Both the position numbers and the translations under genes were made by a program. Source: Elusimicrobiota bacterium (GTDB lineage Bacteria; Elusimicrobiota; Elusimicrobia; UBA1565). From it: DNA of 41,601 nucleotides. The notes under the pieces are model-generated. The model made no database searches. It had not been told where the DNA came from and was given only the letters and a program-made list of their open reading frames with translations. This document shows positions 1 through 9,124 of the stretch, in pieces. Numbering within the stretch: the first letter of the stretch is position 1; each line of letters opens with the position of its first letter. The stretch lies in contig JBDRPD010000088.1 in NCBI GenBank assembly GCA_043827405.1, forward strand, positions 1 through 41,601. Reading direction: 5' to 3'.

Positions 1-1682
1 CGTCCCATGCCCTCGTTGCGTGAGGGCTGGACGTAAATATCCAGCGCCCCCAGCCAGGGCCAGATATTCTCTTGGTGTCCGGCGAGAATGAATGACTTCT
101 CCATCCCTAGTTCCGCGATTCTGCGGCGCAACGCGGCGCGCAGCGGCCCGTCGCCGATGGCGACGAAGCGCAGGCGGGCATTGTCTTTTAGCAGCCCCGC
201 CGCTTCCAAAAATACGTCCGGGCCTTTGACGTGCTCAAGGCGCAGCAGGCTGCCGGCCCATACGGCGTCCCGTTCCAGGCCGAGCTTGCCGCGCAGCGCG
301 GCCTTGTCAGGCGCCTTGTCCTCATCAAGCGAGGTTCCGCTCGGCACGATGCGCCAGCGTCCGGCCTCGCCGAGCCCATAGCCGATCGACTCGTTTTTCT
401 CCCCTTCGGTCAGCGCCACGAAGCGTTCCGTTATGGGAGCGCACAGCTTCTCCAGCAATAAATAGAAGCTGGACTTAAGCGTTCCGAAGTAGCCGTAGAA
501 TACATGGCCGTGCGGGGTATGCGCGACGGGAATTCCCGCCAGCCAAGCGGCCCAGCGGCCGAGAACCCCGGCCTTCGAAGAATGGGTATGCAGGACCGCC
601 GGCCGCAGGCGGCGCAGCAGGCGGTAGATCTCCCACAGCGCCAACGGGTCGCGCCAGGAGGGGTTGCGCACCAGGTGGCGCAGCCAGAATACCGGCCGCG
701 CGTCGCCCTCGGGGCGGCCGCCCGCGGCCAGCGCGACTTTCAGCTCGCGGTCGTCCCAGTCGCGGGCCAGCGCCCAGGTGCTCTCGGCCGAGCCGCCCGG
801 GTCGAGGCGGGTGATCAGGTGCAGGATCAGCGGCCGGTCGTCCGGCTTGCGCGCGAGACACAATAGAGAACTTCCCAGATGCAGTCCTCCAAAGCTCAGC
901 GCCGTCGCCGTTCGCGCCGCGACGGACAGGGAGAACTTGAGCGCTTGCAGCGCGGCAGTTCCCAGACCGCGGGCGGTATGGTAGGGGTCTCCGAATGTGA
1001 GCGGAGAGTTCCAAATCTCTACAGGTTCGAACTCCGCCCGGTCAAATAAGATGCGCAGGCTTTTCGCGCCCAGGCCGAAGCGGTGGATAGTGGCCAACCG
1101 CAGCAGCATCGGCACCCCCCAGAACGCCAGAAATCTATAGATGAAGAAGTGCAGCGGTCCATTGCGTATTCGCGCGATAACGACCCCGCCGGGGCGCAGG
1201 AGGGTGCGGATTTTAGACAGGCCTTCGAGCGGGTCGCGGATTACATCCAGCGAGTCCCAAAGCGTTACAGCGTCGAAGCGTTCGGTCGCAGCGAATTCCT
1301 CGAGACTTCCGATATGGATGCGGCATCCCCGGTCGAGCCCGCGCCGGGCATGTTCCTCGTCCGGTTCAATTCCTCGCGGGTCCCAGCCATGGGCGGCGGC
1401 CAGTTCCAAAAAAGTCCCGGACCCGGCGCCGATGTCCAGCAGCTTGCGCCCGGTGGTCTGTCGTGCGAGAACGGACAGGCCCTGGGTGTAGGCGGAAAGT
1501 TTGGCGTTTTCGGCGCCGAGATGAGCCCCTCCGCCGTCGGGCTCATCCGGCCCCGCGCTTTCCTTGCGCCAGACGACCGCCCGGCAATTCCGGCATCGAA
1601 TAAGAGCCCCGGAGATGTGGAAAGTCCTCTCTGCGCTTCCGCATACGGCGCAGCGCTCGGAGGTCTCAGCCTTGGAGGGCAT
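1..1682 (-). CDS. Class I SAM methyltransferase (N-terminal CxxC...CxxC) fused to a GT4 glycosyltransferase; 3' end outside the window
   Basis: Translated by hand; absent from the ORF track because there is no stop in the window. ATG at 1682 overlaps the asnB stop: MPSKAETSERCAVC...CRNC...LLDIGAGSG...FDAVTLWDSL...LRPGG, then in the same frame LILHLITRLDPGGSAES...HTHSSKAG...HTPHGH...IGDGPLR...YVQPSRNEGMG. Confidence 0.88.
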   Translation of the reverse strand, partial: MPSKAETSERCAVCGSAERTFHISGALIRCRNCRAVVWRKESAGPDEPDGGGAHLGAENAKLSAYTQGLSVLARQTTGRKLLDIGAGSGTFLELAAAHGWDPRGIEPDEEHARRGLDRGCRIHIGSLEEFAATERFDAVTLWDSLDVIRDPLEGLSKIRTLLRPGGVVIARIRNGPLHFFIYRFLAFWGVPMLLRLATIHRFGLGAKSLRILFDRAEFEPVEIWNSPLTFGDPYHTARGLGTAALQALKFSLSVAARTATALSFGGLHLGSSLLCLARKPDDRPLILHLITRLDPGGSAESTWALARDWDDRELKVALAAGGRPEGDARPVFWLRHLVRNPSWRDPLALWEIYRLLRRLRPAVLHTHSSKAGVLGRWAAWLAGIPVAHTPHGHVFYGYFGTLKSSFYLLLEKLCAPITERFVALTEGEKNESIGYGLGEAGRWRIVPSGTSLDEDKAPDKAALRGKLGLERDAVWAGSLLRLEHVKGPDVFLEAAGLLKDNARLRFVAIGDGPLRAALRRRIAELGMEKSFILAGHQENIWPWLGALDIYVQPSRNEGMG

Positions 1683-4671
1683 AGAGCGCTTCCTCCAGAG
1701 CATCACTCGTCTTCGCCCATGAAAATCCTTCCGCATACGACCGGCAGTCTGCTCGCACCTGCGCGTCCTTCGCCGCAGGCACGGCGCGAGCGAGTGCCTC
1801 CGCGATGTCCTGCGCGGAGGTGCCGGCGGCCAGCCAGGACGGCTCAATGCCTTCGATCACTTCGGGAATGCCGCCGACCGGCGTGCCCACGACGGGCATT
1901 CCGCAAGCCAATGCTTCCAGCAGGACCAGCCCCAGCCCTTCATAGGCCGCAGTGGGCAGTACGAAAAGGTCATTGTTCCGATATAGTTCCGGCAGTGCTG
2001 CGTCTTCGACCCAGCCGGTAAAATCGATATTATTCCCGATTCCCAAGGCGGCGGCCCGCTTTTCGAGCGGCTTGCGCAGCGGTCCGAAGCCGGCTACGGT
2101 CAGTCGCAGGTTCGGGAACTGGCCGCTCAGACGTGCGGCGGCGTCAAACAGCGCCTCCAGTCCCATGCGCGGGCGCAGGTTGCGCACCGTCAGCAGGCGC
2201 AGCGCGTCATCGTGCCGCACCGGTCCCGGCGTAAAACGGTCGAGATCGACTCCCGGTGCGACCAGGCGGATGCGTGCCGGGTCAACCCCGTGAGAGGATA
2301 CCTCCTTCTGCATGAAGCGGCTGAGGACGGCGACTCGTCCGGCCGCACGCAAGGAGGAGCGCTCCAGCAGCTCCCGGGTCCAGGCGCCGAGCATGCTGAG
2401 CGGAGTCGGTGAGCGGTCCAGCTGATACTCCCGCGCCCAGCAGGAGTGGAAGAAGTACAGGCGCGGTACGGCTGCAAGCTCCGGTACTCCCCCCGCGATC
2501 CAGGCGGCTTTAGGGTGGTGTATTATCAGCGCATCCGGACGCGCTTCGGCTGCTGCTTTGGCGAGATGCTCCCTTGCCCGACGGACGAAAGACGGGATGC
2601 CCCATGCCCTTTCGGGATTAAAGCCCAGCGGCGCGCGCCGCAGCCGCAGGCTGCCGCGCGTTTCCTGTTCGGGGCGGTCCTGCGGGCCCGTTCCCCAGCA
2701 GGTCATCTCATGCCCCTTATCCGCCAAAGCCTTCGCCGTTTCGACGGCGACACGGGCCGAGCCGCCTTCCGAGTCGGCAAAGTGGAAATCCGATATGACC
2801 AGGAGTCGCAGCGGCCGCGGGCCGGCGGTCGTTGGCGGGGCTTGCAGGTGCCGGCGCTGCCATAGTTCTAGCAGGATAAGGGCCCATAGCAGATCGGTAT
2901 GGAAACGCTTGCCCGAACGGTGCTCATCGATGATGCGCCGCACCGCAGCGGGGCGGAATATGCCGCGCGCGCGTAAAGCCGACGGGGACAGGCAGTCGTC
3001 AATTAGGTCGCCGCGCTCATCGCGCAGCCACTGCGCCATCGGCACCATGAAGCCCTGCTTTTTCTGGGAGATAATATCCGGCGGCAGGAAGCGGCGCAGC
3101 AGTCGCTTCTGCAGATACTTCAGGGTCCGGCCGCGGACCCGCAGCCGGGAAGGCAGGCGGCAGGCGAACTCCACAAGACGCTCATCGAGCAGCGGCACCC
3201 GCAGTTCCAGGCTCGCCGCCATGCTGGCGCGGTCAGCCAGAGCCAGCAGATTCTCCGGCACATAGGTGCATAAATCCGCGTGCAAAGTGCGCCGCAGCGG
3301 GTCCAGGCCGCGGCCGGCGCTCGCGGCGAAAGCCTGCAGAATTGGATCGCGTCGCTCGCCGGAAGGCGGCTCGACAAACAGGCCGTCTGCATCATGCCCC
3401 ATCCAATGCCGATAGGCTTCCGGCAGTTCGCGGCGTCCGCCGTCGAGAAAGCGGCGAACCCAGCCGCCGACGTTGCGGCTCGAAAGCAGGTCCGGCGACC
3501 AGCCTCCGGCGCTGGCCAAGACCTCACGCAGAGCACGGGGCAGATGTCCATATGCCGCATGCAGCTCAGCGCCAAGGTAGCGCGGATATCCGCCGAAAAG
3601 CTCGTCGCCGCCGATTCCCGTCAAGGCGACTTTCATGCGGCCGCGGACGGCGTCCGCCATCCAATAGGTCGCGATGGAAGATGAGTCCGCAAGCGGTTCG
3701 TCGACGGTTTCCGCGAAGGCCTCCAGGTCCGGACGCGGCTCAACCGGGACCTCTTGGAACCGCAGGCCAAGGTGTTCAGCGACGCGGCGGGCTTTGGCGG
3801 TTTCGTCGAATGCGGGGTTTCCGGTCCGCAGGCTGAACGCTTCCGGCGGGGCTCCGGAGGCCGCGAGATATGCCGCCAGCTGGCTTGAGTCGAGGCCGCC
3901 GCTGAGAAATAATCCGACCGGTACATCCGCTTCTTTCTGCTCCTGGACGGCAGCGGTAGAGAGTTGATCGAGTTCGGCCAAAGCGTCTTCCTCGTCCATG
4001 GCGGCGGTTTCCAGCGGCGGCGACCAATAACGGCCCGTCGAGACTTTATCGTCCTTCCACTTGAGCCACGAGCCGGGCTCCAGCTTGTTGACCGAGCGCA
4101 GGATGGAGTGGGGCGAAGGGACGTAGAGCAAATCCGCATACTGGCGGATGGAGTCGGGATCGAGCTCGTGTGAAATTTCCGGCACAAGCATCAGCGCACG
4201 AAGCTCGGAGGCGAAATACATCCGCGGCCCGCGTACCGAGTAGTAGAGCGGCTTTATGCCCAACCGGTCGCGGGCGATGAAGAGCGACCGCTCCTTGCGG
4301 TCCCAGACGGCTAAGGCGAACATCCCCCGCAGCTCCCTTACGCAGCCGGCGCCCAGGTCTTCGTAGAGGTGGACAATGGCTTCGGTATCGGCGGCGGTGC
4401 GGAAGCGGTGGCCCTTCTTTTCCAGCTCCGCGCGCAGCGCCTTGTGGTTGTATATCTCTCCGTTGAAGACGACCGTATACCGTCCGTCTTCGTTGGCGAT
4501 CGGCTGGCTGCCGGTGCTCAAGTCGATGATCGACAGCCGCCGCATGCCGAGGCCGACGGGACCGTCTTCGAAGAACCCATCATCGTCCGGTCCCCGGTGA
4601 GCGAGCGCTGCGGTCAGCGACCGGAGCAGCTCGGGGTTGTTCAAGCCCGCGAATCCCGCTATGCCGCACAT
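1666..4671 (-). CDS. asnB: Asparagine synthase (glutamine-hydrolysing)-type amidotransferase fused to a C-terminal GT4 domain
   Basis: N-terminal MCGIAG, HRGPDD, RRLSIIDL, NGEIYN, DRLGIKPLYY, LSGGLDSS, GGDELFGGY, KKQGF. From about aa 620 a GT4 fold: LLVISD...GG...DLFVLPT..EGLGLVLLEALACG.PVV. Confidence 0.93.
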   Translation of the reverse strand: MCGIAGFAGLNNPELLRSLTAALAHRGPDDDGFFEDGPVGLGMRRLSIIDLSTGSQPIANEDGRYTVVFNGEIYNHKALRAELEKKGHRFRTAADTEAIVHLYEDLGAGCVRELRGMFALAVWDRKERSLFIARDRLGIKPLYYSVRGPRMYFASELRALMLVPEISHELDPDSIRQYADLLYVPSPHSILRSVNKLEPGSWLKWKDDKVSTGRYWSPPLETAAMDEEDALAELDQLSTAAVQEQKEADVPVGLFLSGGLDSSQLAAYLAASGAPPEAFSLRTGNPAFDETAKARRVAEHLGLRFQEVPVEPRPDLEAFAETVDEPLADSSSIATYWMADAVRGRMKVALTGIGGDELFGGYPRYLGAELHAAYGHLPRALREVLASAGGWSPDLLSSRNVGGWVRRFLDGGRRELPEAYRHWMGHDADGLFVEPPSGERRDPILQAFAASAGRGLDPLRRTLHADLCTYVPENLLALADRASMAASLELRVPLLDERLVEFACRLPSRLRVRGRTLKYLQKRLLRRFLPPDIISQKKQGFMVPMAQWLRDERGDLIDDCLSPSALRARGIFRPAAVRRIIDEHRSGKRFHTDLLWALILLELWQRRHLQAPPTTAGPRPLRLLVISDFHFADSEGGSARVAVETAKALADKGHEMTCWGTGPQDRPEQETRGSLRLRRAPLGFNPERAWGIPSFVRRAREHLAKAAAEARPDALIIHHPKAAWIAGGVPELAAVPRLYFFHSCWAREYQLDRSPTPLSMLGAWTRELLERSSLRAAGRVAVLSRFMQKEVSSHGVDPARIRLVAPGVDLDRFTPGPVRHDDALRLLTVRNLRPRMGLEALFDAAARLSGQFPNLRLTVAGFGPLRKPLEKRAAALGIGNNIDFTGWVEDAALPELYRNNDLFVLPTAAYEGLGLVLLEALACGMPVVGTPVGGIPEVIEGIEPSWLAAGTSAQDIAEALARAVPAAKDAQVRADCRSYAEGFSWAKTSDALEEALYALQG

Positions 4672-5825
4672 GGGTCCGGGACCTCCTCGGGAAGAAGCTC
4701 ATCGTACAGCTTCTCATGCTTCTCGATCATCATTCGCAAAGAGAACTTCTCGCTCACGATCCTTCTCCCCGCTTGTCCCATCATTTCGGCCGCATCTCCG
4801 TCGCTCAATAAAGCGGAGATCGCATCGGCTAATGCTTTGGGATTCTTAGGCGGTACAAGCTTTCCGTTGACGCCGTCGACTACGCTCTCGTTCACGCCGG
4901 CGATATTTGTCGCAATGATCGGTTTGCTCGCGGCCATCGCCTCCAGGACGACCATGGGAAACCCTTCCCGCAGCGACGGCAGCGTCAGGATGTCGATTGC
5001 TCCGAGGACACCTCTCACATCCTTCCTGAATCCCGTAAAGACAACCTTATCCTTTAGCCCTAGAAGTCTGACTTGAGCCTTAAGGGACTCTTCTTCCCCC
5101 CCCTCTCCCACGATTAAGAATCTCGCCTCCTTCGCAGACGTCATAATCTTGGCGGCCTCGATGAGATATGTCAGGCCTTTCTCTTTAGCCAAACGTCCGA
5201 CGGCGCCGATCACTAGGCTTTCCGACGTCACTCCCATCTCTTCCCGTACCGCAGATGCCGTCCGTGAATCGCAAGAGTATGCCTCGGCATCCACGCCGTT
5301 ATGAATCATGACCATTTTATCCGGCGGGATGCCGCGGGTCGCGTCCAGCTTCATGCGCAAGTGCTCGGCGACAACAATGAACTTGTCGACATATCTTTCG
5401 CCCAGACGATCCAGAGCGACGTAGGCCGCTTTTTTCAGCGGACAGACATCATACTCCTCAAGCGGAACGGCACGCGTGCAGATTAGGGCAGGCGACTTCG
5501 CCGACCGCACCGCGAGTCGAGAACAGAAATCCGCGCGCGCCCCTTGGCTGTGCACGATATCGATATTTTTGTTGCGGATGATCCTCGCCAGGCGCGGGAC
5601 ATTTCCGATATCGAACCGGCTGCGCATGTCGAACGGTACGATCTCTGCGGCGCTGTTGATCTCGTCCGCAAAAGGTTCGGAGCACCGCCCCGCGCTGGGC
5701 GGCAGACATGCGGCATAGCATTTGAATCTATCCTTGTTCAGACCGTTGATGACCTGCGCGAACGCTCTCTCTCCGCCGCCGAAGAACTCGTTTTCGATGA
5801 CATAGAGGATATTGCGAAGCCTCAT
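4659..5825 (-). CDS. GT4 family glycosyltransferase
   Basis: FGGGER, IHNGVD, VGRLAKEKG, PSLREGFPMVVLEAMAASKPII. Start moved to ATG 5825 (ATGA overlap with the upstream stop). Confidence 0.92.
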   Translation of the reverse strand: MRLRNILYVIENEFFGGGERAFAQVINGLNKDRFKCYAACLPPSAGRCSEPFADEINSAAEIVPFDMRSRFDIGNVPRLARIIRNKNIDIVHSQGARADFCSRLAVRSAKSPALICTRAVPLEEYDVCPLKKAAYVALDRLGERYVDKFIVVAEHLRMKLDATRGIPPDKMVMIHNGVDAEAYSCDSRTASAVREEMGVTSESLVIGAVGRLAKEKGLTYLIEAAKIMTSAKEARFLIVGEGGEEESLKAQVRLLGLKDKVVFTGFRKDVRGVLGAIDILTLPSLREGFPMVVLEAMAASKPIIATNIAGVNESVVDGVNGKLVPPKNPKALADAISALLSDGDAAEMMGQAGRRIVSEKFSLRMMIEKHEKLYDELLPEEVPDPCAA

Positions 5826-6541
5826 AGGCAGGTATCCCCAATCGTGGTGATCCGCCAGGTGCTCGCCTCGGGATCGTGGGCTTTCTTTCGCAGCAGATAG
5901 AACGTATAAGCTGCCAGGCTCGGCATAATCCATGCCCCGAACTTGACCGCGGGGTAGGGAAGAGGGTAGAGAGACGCTCCCGTTACGGATTCAAGTTCGA
6001 AGTTAGGGTTGGACTTGATGAACTCAGTAAAAGCCTTATGCGTATAACAGCGGATATGGGGGCCGCAGATATGATTGCAGACAGGCTGATATCCGAGCAT
6101 GAGAAGGAACCGGTTGTGCAGGGCGGCCAGATTGGGGATGCCGATCGCCAGATGACCGCCGGTTTTCAGCACGCGCTCCATCTCCGACAAGGGGAGGAAG
6201 ATGTTCTTAAGATGCTCGAGAATCTGATTGCAGGTTACGACGTCGAAAGCTTCATCCTTGAAAGAGAATCGTTCGCTCTCAAGATTCTTGACCTGCACTT
6301 TGATTTTTTTCTTGGCGGATTTGACATACTTCTCTTGGGCTTCAATTCCCCAGACCTCTCCTTGCGGAACCGACAAGGTTTCACGATATAAAAGCGCCTC
6401 GGTGCCGTCCCCGCACCCTACATCCAAAAGCGTAGAGGAGGCGGGGGCCTGTCTTAAAAGTCGGTTAAAGCTTTCGCTCACCCGCCGTCCTTCCAGATCA
6501 GTTCTTAGGGCGGCAGCCAGCATGCGCTTGAGAAGTGACAT
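5822..6541 (-). CDS. Class I SAM-dependent methyltransferase
   Basis: LLDVGCGDG, FDVVTCNQILEHL, RVLKTGG, IGIPN. Confidence 0.9.
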   Translation of the reverse strand: MSLLKRMLAAALRTDLEGRRVSESFNRLLRQAPASSTLLDVGCGDGTEALLYRETLSVPQGEVWGIEAQEKYVKSAKKKIKVQVKNLESERFSFKDEAFDVVTCNQILEHLKNIFLPLSEMERVLKTGGHLAIGIPNLAALHNRFLLMLGYQPVCNHICGPHIRCYTHKAFTEFIKSNPNFELESVTGASLYPLPYPAVKFGAWIMPSLAAYTFYLLRKKAHDPEASTWRITTIGDTCL

Positions 6542-6557
6542 TTTGTACAGAGGCCCC

Positions 6558-7682
6558 CTACTCCGCCAGGCTAAAAAAGAGTTTATTGTATTTCATCGCC
6601 ATGATTTCGGGCGTGAAGTGGGTTAGCACTCTCTCGCGTGCGGCGGCGGCGAACCTCTGCCCCTCTTTCGGATGCCCGAGCAGCCAGGCAATCGCGTCCT
6701 TGAGGGCTTGCGGGTCATCTGCCGGGACAGCGAGTCCTGTAACCTTGTCTTCAAGAATATCCGCATGGCCTGGGATACTCGTCCCGACGCAAGCCCTGCG
6801 GGAGGCCATAGCCTCTCCCAATGCGATGTTGAAGCTCTCCCACCGTGACGGCGCGGCGTAGATATCTAGGCTTGCCAGAATCCGGGCGACGTCTGTCCTT
6901 CGCCCCAAGAACAGCACGTGCTTTTCGATCCCTTTGTCCCGAGCGTGCGCCTTAAGCTCAGGCTGCAGCTCGCCGTCTCCCGCGAAGAGCAGAACGACCG
7001 GGACGTTCTCTTTGCGCAGCTCAGCCGCGGCGGCTATCAGCACATCATGTCCTTTCTGGGGGGTCAGCCGGCCCACGCAGCCGATGAGATTCTCCCCATC
7101 TGTCAGGCCCAGTTCCCGCCGCAGCGCGGCTCCGTCTCCCGCCGGGACATCCGCTAATGTAACGGAGTTCTGGATCACGATCGTGCGGTCCTTGATTCCC
7201 GGCCGTTGCGCGACGACTCCATCCACATTCCCTCGCGAAGTGAAGACTACCGCGTCGCACAGCCAGAGAGTCATCTTGTTGAGATAAGCCCAGAACGGCG
7301 GCTCGCTGGAGAGCGGGTTCTGAAAGACTTGCACGACGGCCATGCGAGGGAGCAGCAGGGATGCGACGCGCGCAGGGACGCCCAGTTCCGGCAAAGTGGT
7401 CACGATGACGCGCGGATATTCGCGCAGCAGCAGAAAGAGCAGCTTCAGCCAGGCGAGCGGGTCGAAAAAACGTTTCGCGCGCAGGCAGACGACCTCGACG
7501 TCATGGCTGGCGAGCTCCGCGGCGAGGCTTTCTTCGCCCCAGAAACTGCAGACGGTAACCCGCAGGCGCTCCTTGTCGCGGCGCCTCACCGTGTGGAGGA
7601 TCGTGTGCTGAGCGCCGAAGGGAGCGAGATCGTGGATGAAGTAAAAGACGTGGAGCCGCTCGTTGCGAGTGCGCTTGCTCAC
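6558..7682 (-). CDS. GT4 family glycosyltransferase
   Basis: IHDLAPFGAQ, VGRLTPQKGH, GDGEL, PSRWESFNIALGEAM. Probable GTG start at 7682 (GTGA overlap). Confidence 0.9.
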   Translation of the reverse strand: MSKRTRNERLHVFYFIHDLAPFGAQHTILHTVRRRDKERLRVTVCSFWGEESLAAELASHDVEVVCLRAKRFFDPLAWLKLLFLLLREYPRVIVTTLPELGVPARVASLLLPRMAVVQVFQNPLSSEPPFWAYLNKMTLWLCDAVVFTSRGNVDGVVAQRPGIKDRTIVIQNSVTLADVPAGDGAALRRELGLTDGENLIGCVGRLTPQKGHDVLIAAAAELRKENVPVVLLFAGDGELQPELKAHARDKGIEKHVLFLGRRTDVARILASLDIYAAPSRWESFNIALGEAMASRRACVGTSIPGHADILEDKVTGLAVPADDPQALKDAIAWLLGHPKEGQRFAAAARERVLTHFTPEIMAMKYNKLFFSLAE

Positions 7683-8491
7683 GATCTCCGCAGGTCGCGG
7701 ATCCTCCCGCCCCGCCTGCAGTAGGTGACGACTATCAGCAATAGGTAGAGAACGTAGTAGCAGAGAAAGAACGTCAGCAGCACGTCGACGCATCTCAGCA
7801 CGTAGGCCGGAATCAGCAGCAGGTAGTGCGTCTCGCGTACTCTGAGGTTGTGGCTGATCCGGCTCGCGTTAAGTTTGATCAAAGCCAGAGGGTCGCCTTT
7901 CTGCGGCACATGGCCGGAGATATCGGGCTTCGGAGTGCCGGGCAGCTTGTTCCATTCTTCCCTCAGCAGGGAATCGAAGATCTGTTCTGTATAGGCGATA
8001 TAGCTGCAAAGGAGCGCGGTCAAAGTGCCCAGCGCGACCCAATAAATCGCCCCTCGGCCGAACGGTTCGGGCCAATGCGCCAAATGGGGGTGGCGGTACA
8101 GCATGATGCCGAGTACGGCCCAGAAGCCCATGTCCACCCATGCCATGAGCGAATCGAGGAACCGTCCGTAAGGGTTCTGTGTCTGCATTACGCGCGCGAT
8201 GCTTCCGTCGACGCAGTCCAGGAGATTGAATAGGCAGAGGAGGGCGATGCCCAGAGGAAGCAGGCAATTCTGCGCGCCCAGCAGGAAGAAATAACCAAGC
8301 GCGGCCGCCAGCCCGGACAACCAGGATACTGCCTCGGAGGTCAGGCCCAACCGGATACCTAGCCAGGTCGCGAGGAAGCCGACGGGACGGAAGACAAACC
8401 GGCTCGCGGGAAGAAAGCGCTCATAGTCGTTCTTCCAGGCATGAGCGTCCCGGATATCGCGCAGCGTCGGAAGCGTCGTTTTGTCTGCCAC
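7679..8491 (-). CDS. CDP-alcohol phosphatidyl/phosphotransferase family membrane protein
   Basis: LDCVDGSIAR(x8)GRFLD signature; multiple hydrophobic segments. Confidence 0.85.
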   Translation of the reverse strand: MADKTTLPTLRDIRDAHAWKNDYERFLPASRFVFRPVGFLATWLGIRLGLTSEAVSWLSGLAAALGYFFLLGAQNCLLPLGIALLCLFNLLDCVDGSIARVMQTQNPYGRFLDSLMAWVDMGFWAVLGIMLYRHPHLAHWPEPFGRGAIYWVALGTLTALLCSYIAYTEQIFDSLLREEWNKLPGTPKPDISGHVPQKGDPLALIKLNASRISHNLRVRETHYLLLIPAYVLRCVDVLLTFFLCYYVLYLLLIVVTYCRRGGRIRDLRRS

Positions 8492-8520
8492 TAGAGACTC
8501 TTTTTGCTGAATTTTACTGA

Positions 8521-9123
8521 TTATAACAGATTATCTGAATGACAGGATTTTACCGCCTCACAGTATTTCGAATGCCGTGTCCGCATATCGCCGAAGCGAG
8601 TTGTCAATGCGTCAGCGTCCGCTGCCGTGTCTGTTTTGACCTCCAGGATGCATGATTTCTCATGCGACTTATTGCGCGCCCTGAGTTCGCTGTCGATCGC
8701 TGAGTATTCAATATGATAGTCGAGGGTGAACCGGCTGCCGCTTCTGTCGGTAAAATATTCTCTCCTGTAGGCGACAAGCACTGTCGGGGCCACCGGGAAC
8801 CCGGCGATATCGCGACAGAGCGCCTGGATTTTCTTAAAATTCGCTCCCGCGATCTTAATCTGTTCCTTTTCCCTGAACGTCGCCAGCGTTTTCTTGAGTT
8901 CGATGGCGCCGGCATCCGAAAACCGTCCTTCGCCGTACCAGCGGTATCTGATTTTCATGCGGGGGACGGTTCCTTCCTCGCTGTCAGTGAAGAAGTCAAA
9001 GCCGCTGGTGTCAAGATAAATGGAGTTGATCCGGCGCATCGGGAAGCAGTGGTAGGCGCCGATTTTTGCCAAATGGGCGCGGTGCTCGCTGTAAAAGCCT
9101 CTGAATTTAATTTCATTACGCAT
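8521..9123 (-). CDS. VTC/CYTH-like (polyphosphate polymerase domain) protein
   Basis: MRNEIKF, INSIYLDT, RMKIRYRWYG, YRREYF, RFTLD, ILEVK, SKY. ATG 9123 lies 1 nt after the upstream stop. Confidence 0.82.
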   Translation of the reverse strand: MRNEIKFRGFYSEHRAHLAKIGAYHCFPMRRINSIYLDTSGFDFFTDSEEGTVPRMKIRYRWYGEGRFSDAGAIELKKTLATFREKEQIKIAGANFKKIQALCRDIAGFPVAPTVLVAYRREYFTDRSGSRFTLDYHIEYSAIDSELRARNKSHEKSCILEVKTDTAADADALTTRFGDMRTRHSKYCEAVKSCHSDNLL

Positions 9124-9124
9124 G

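Noticed and set aside
88..2021. ORF-track entries such as 475-1014 (-) and 1083-2021 (+)
   Set aside because: They overlap the methyltransferase-GT4 and AsnB-GT4 frames, which carry clear family motifs.
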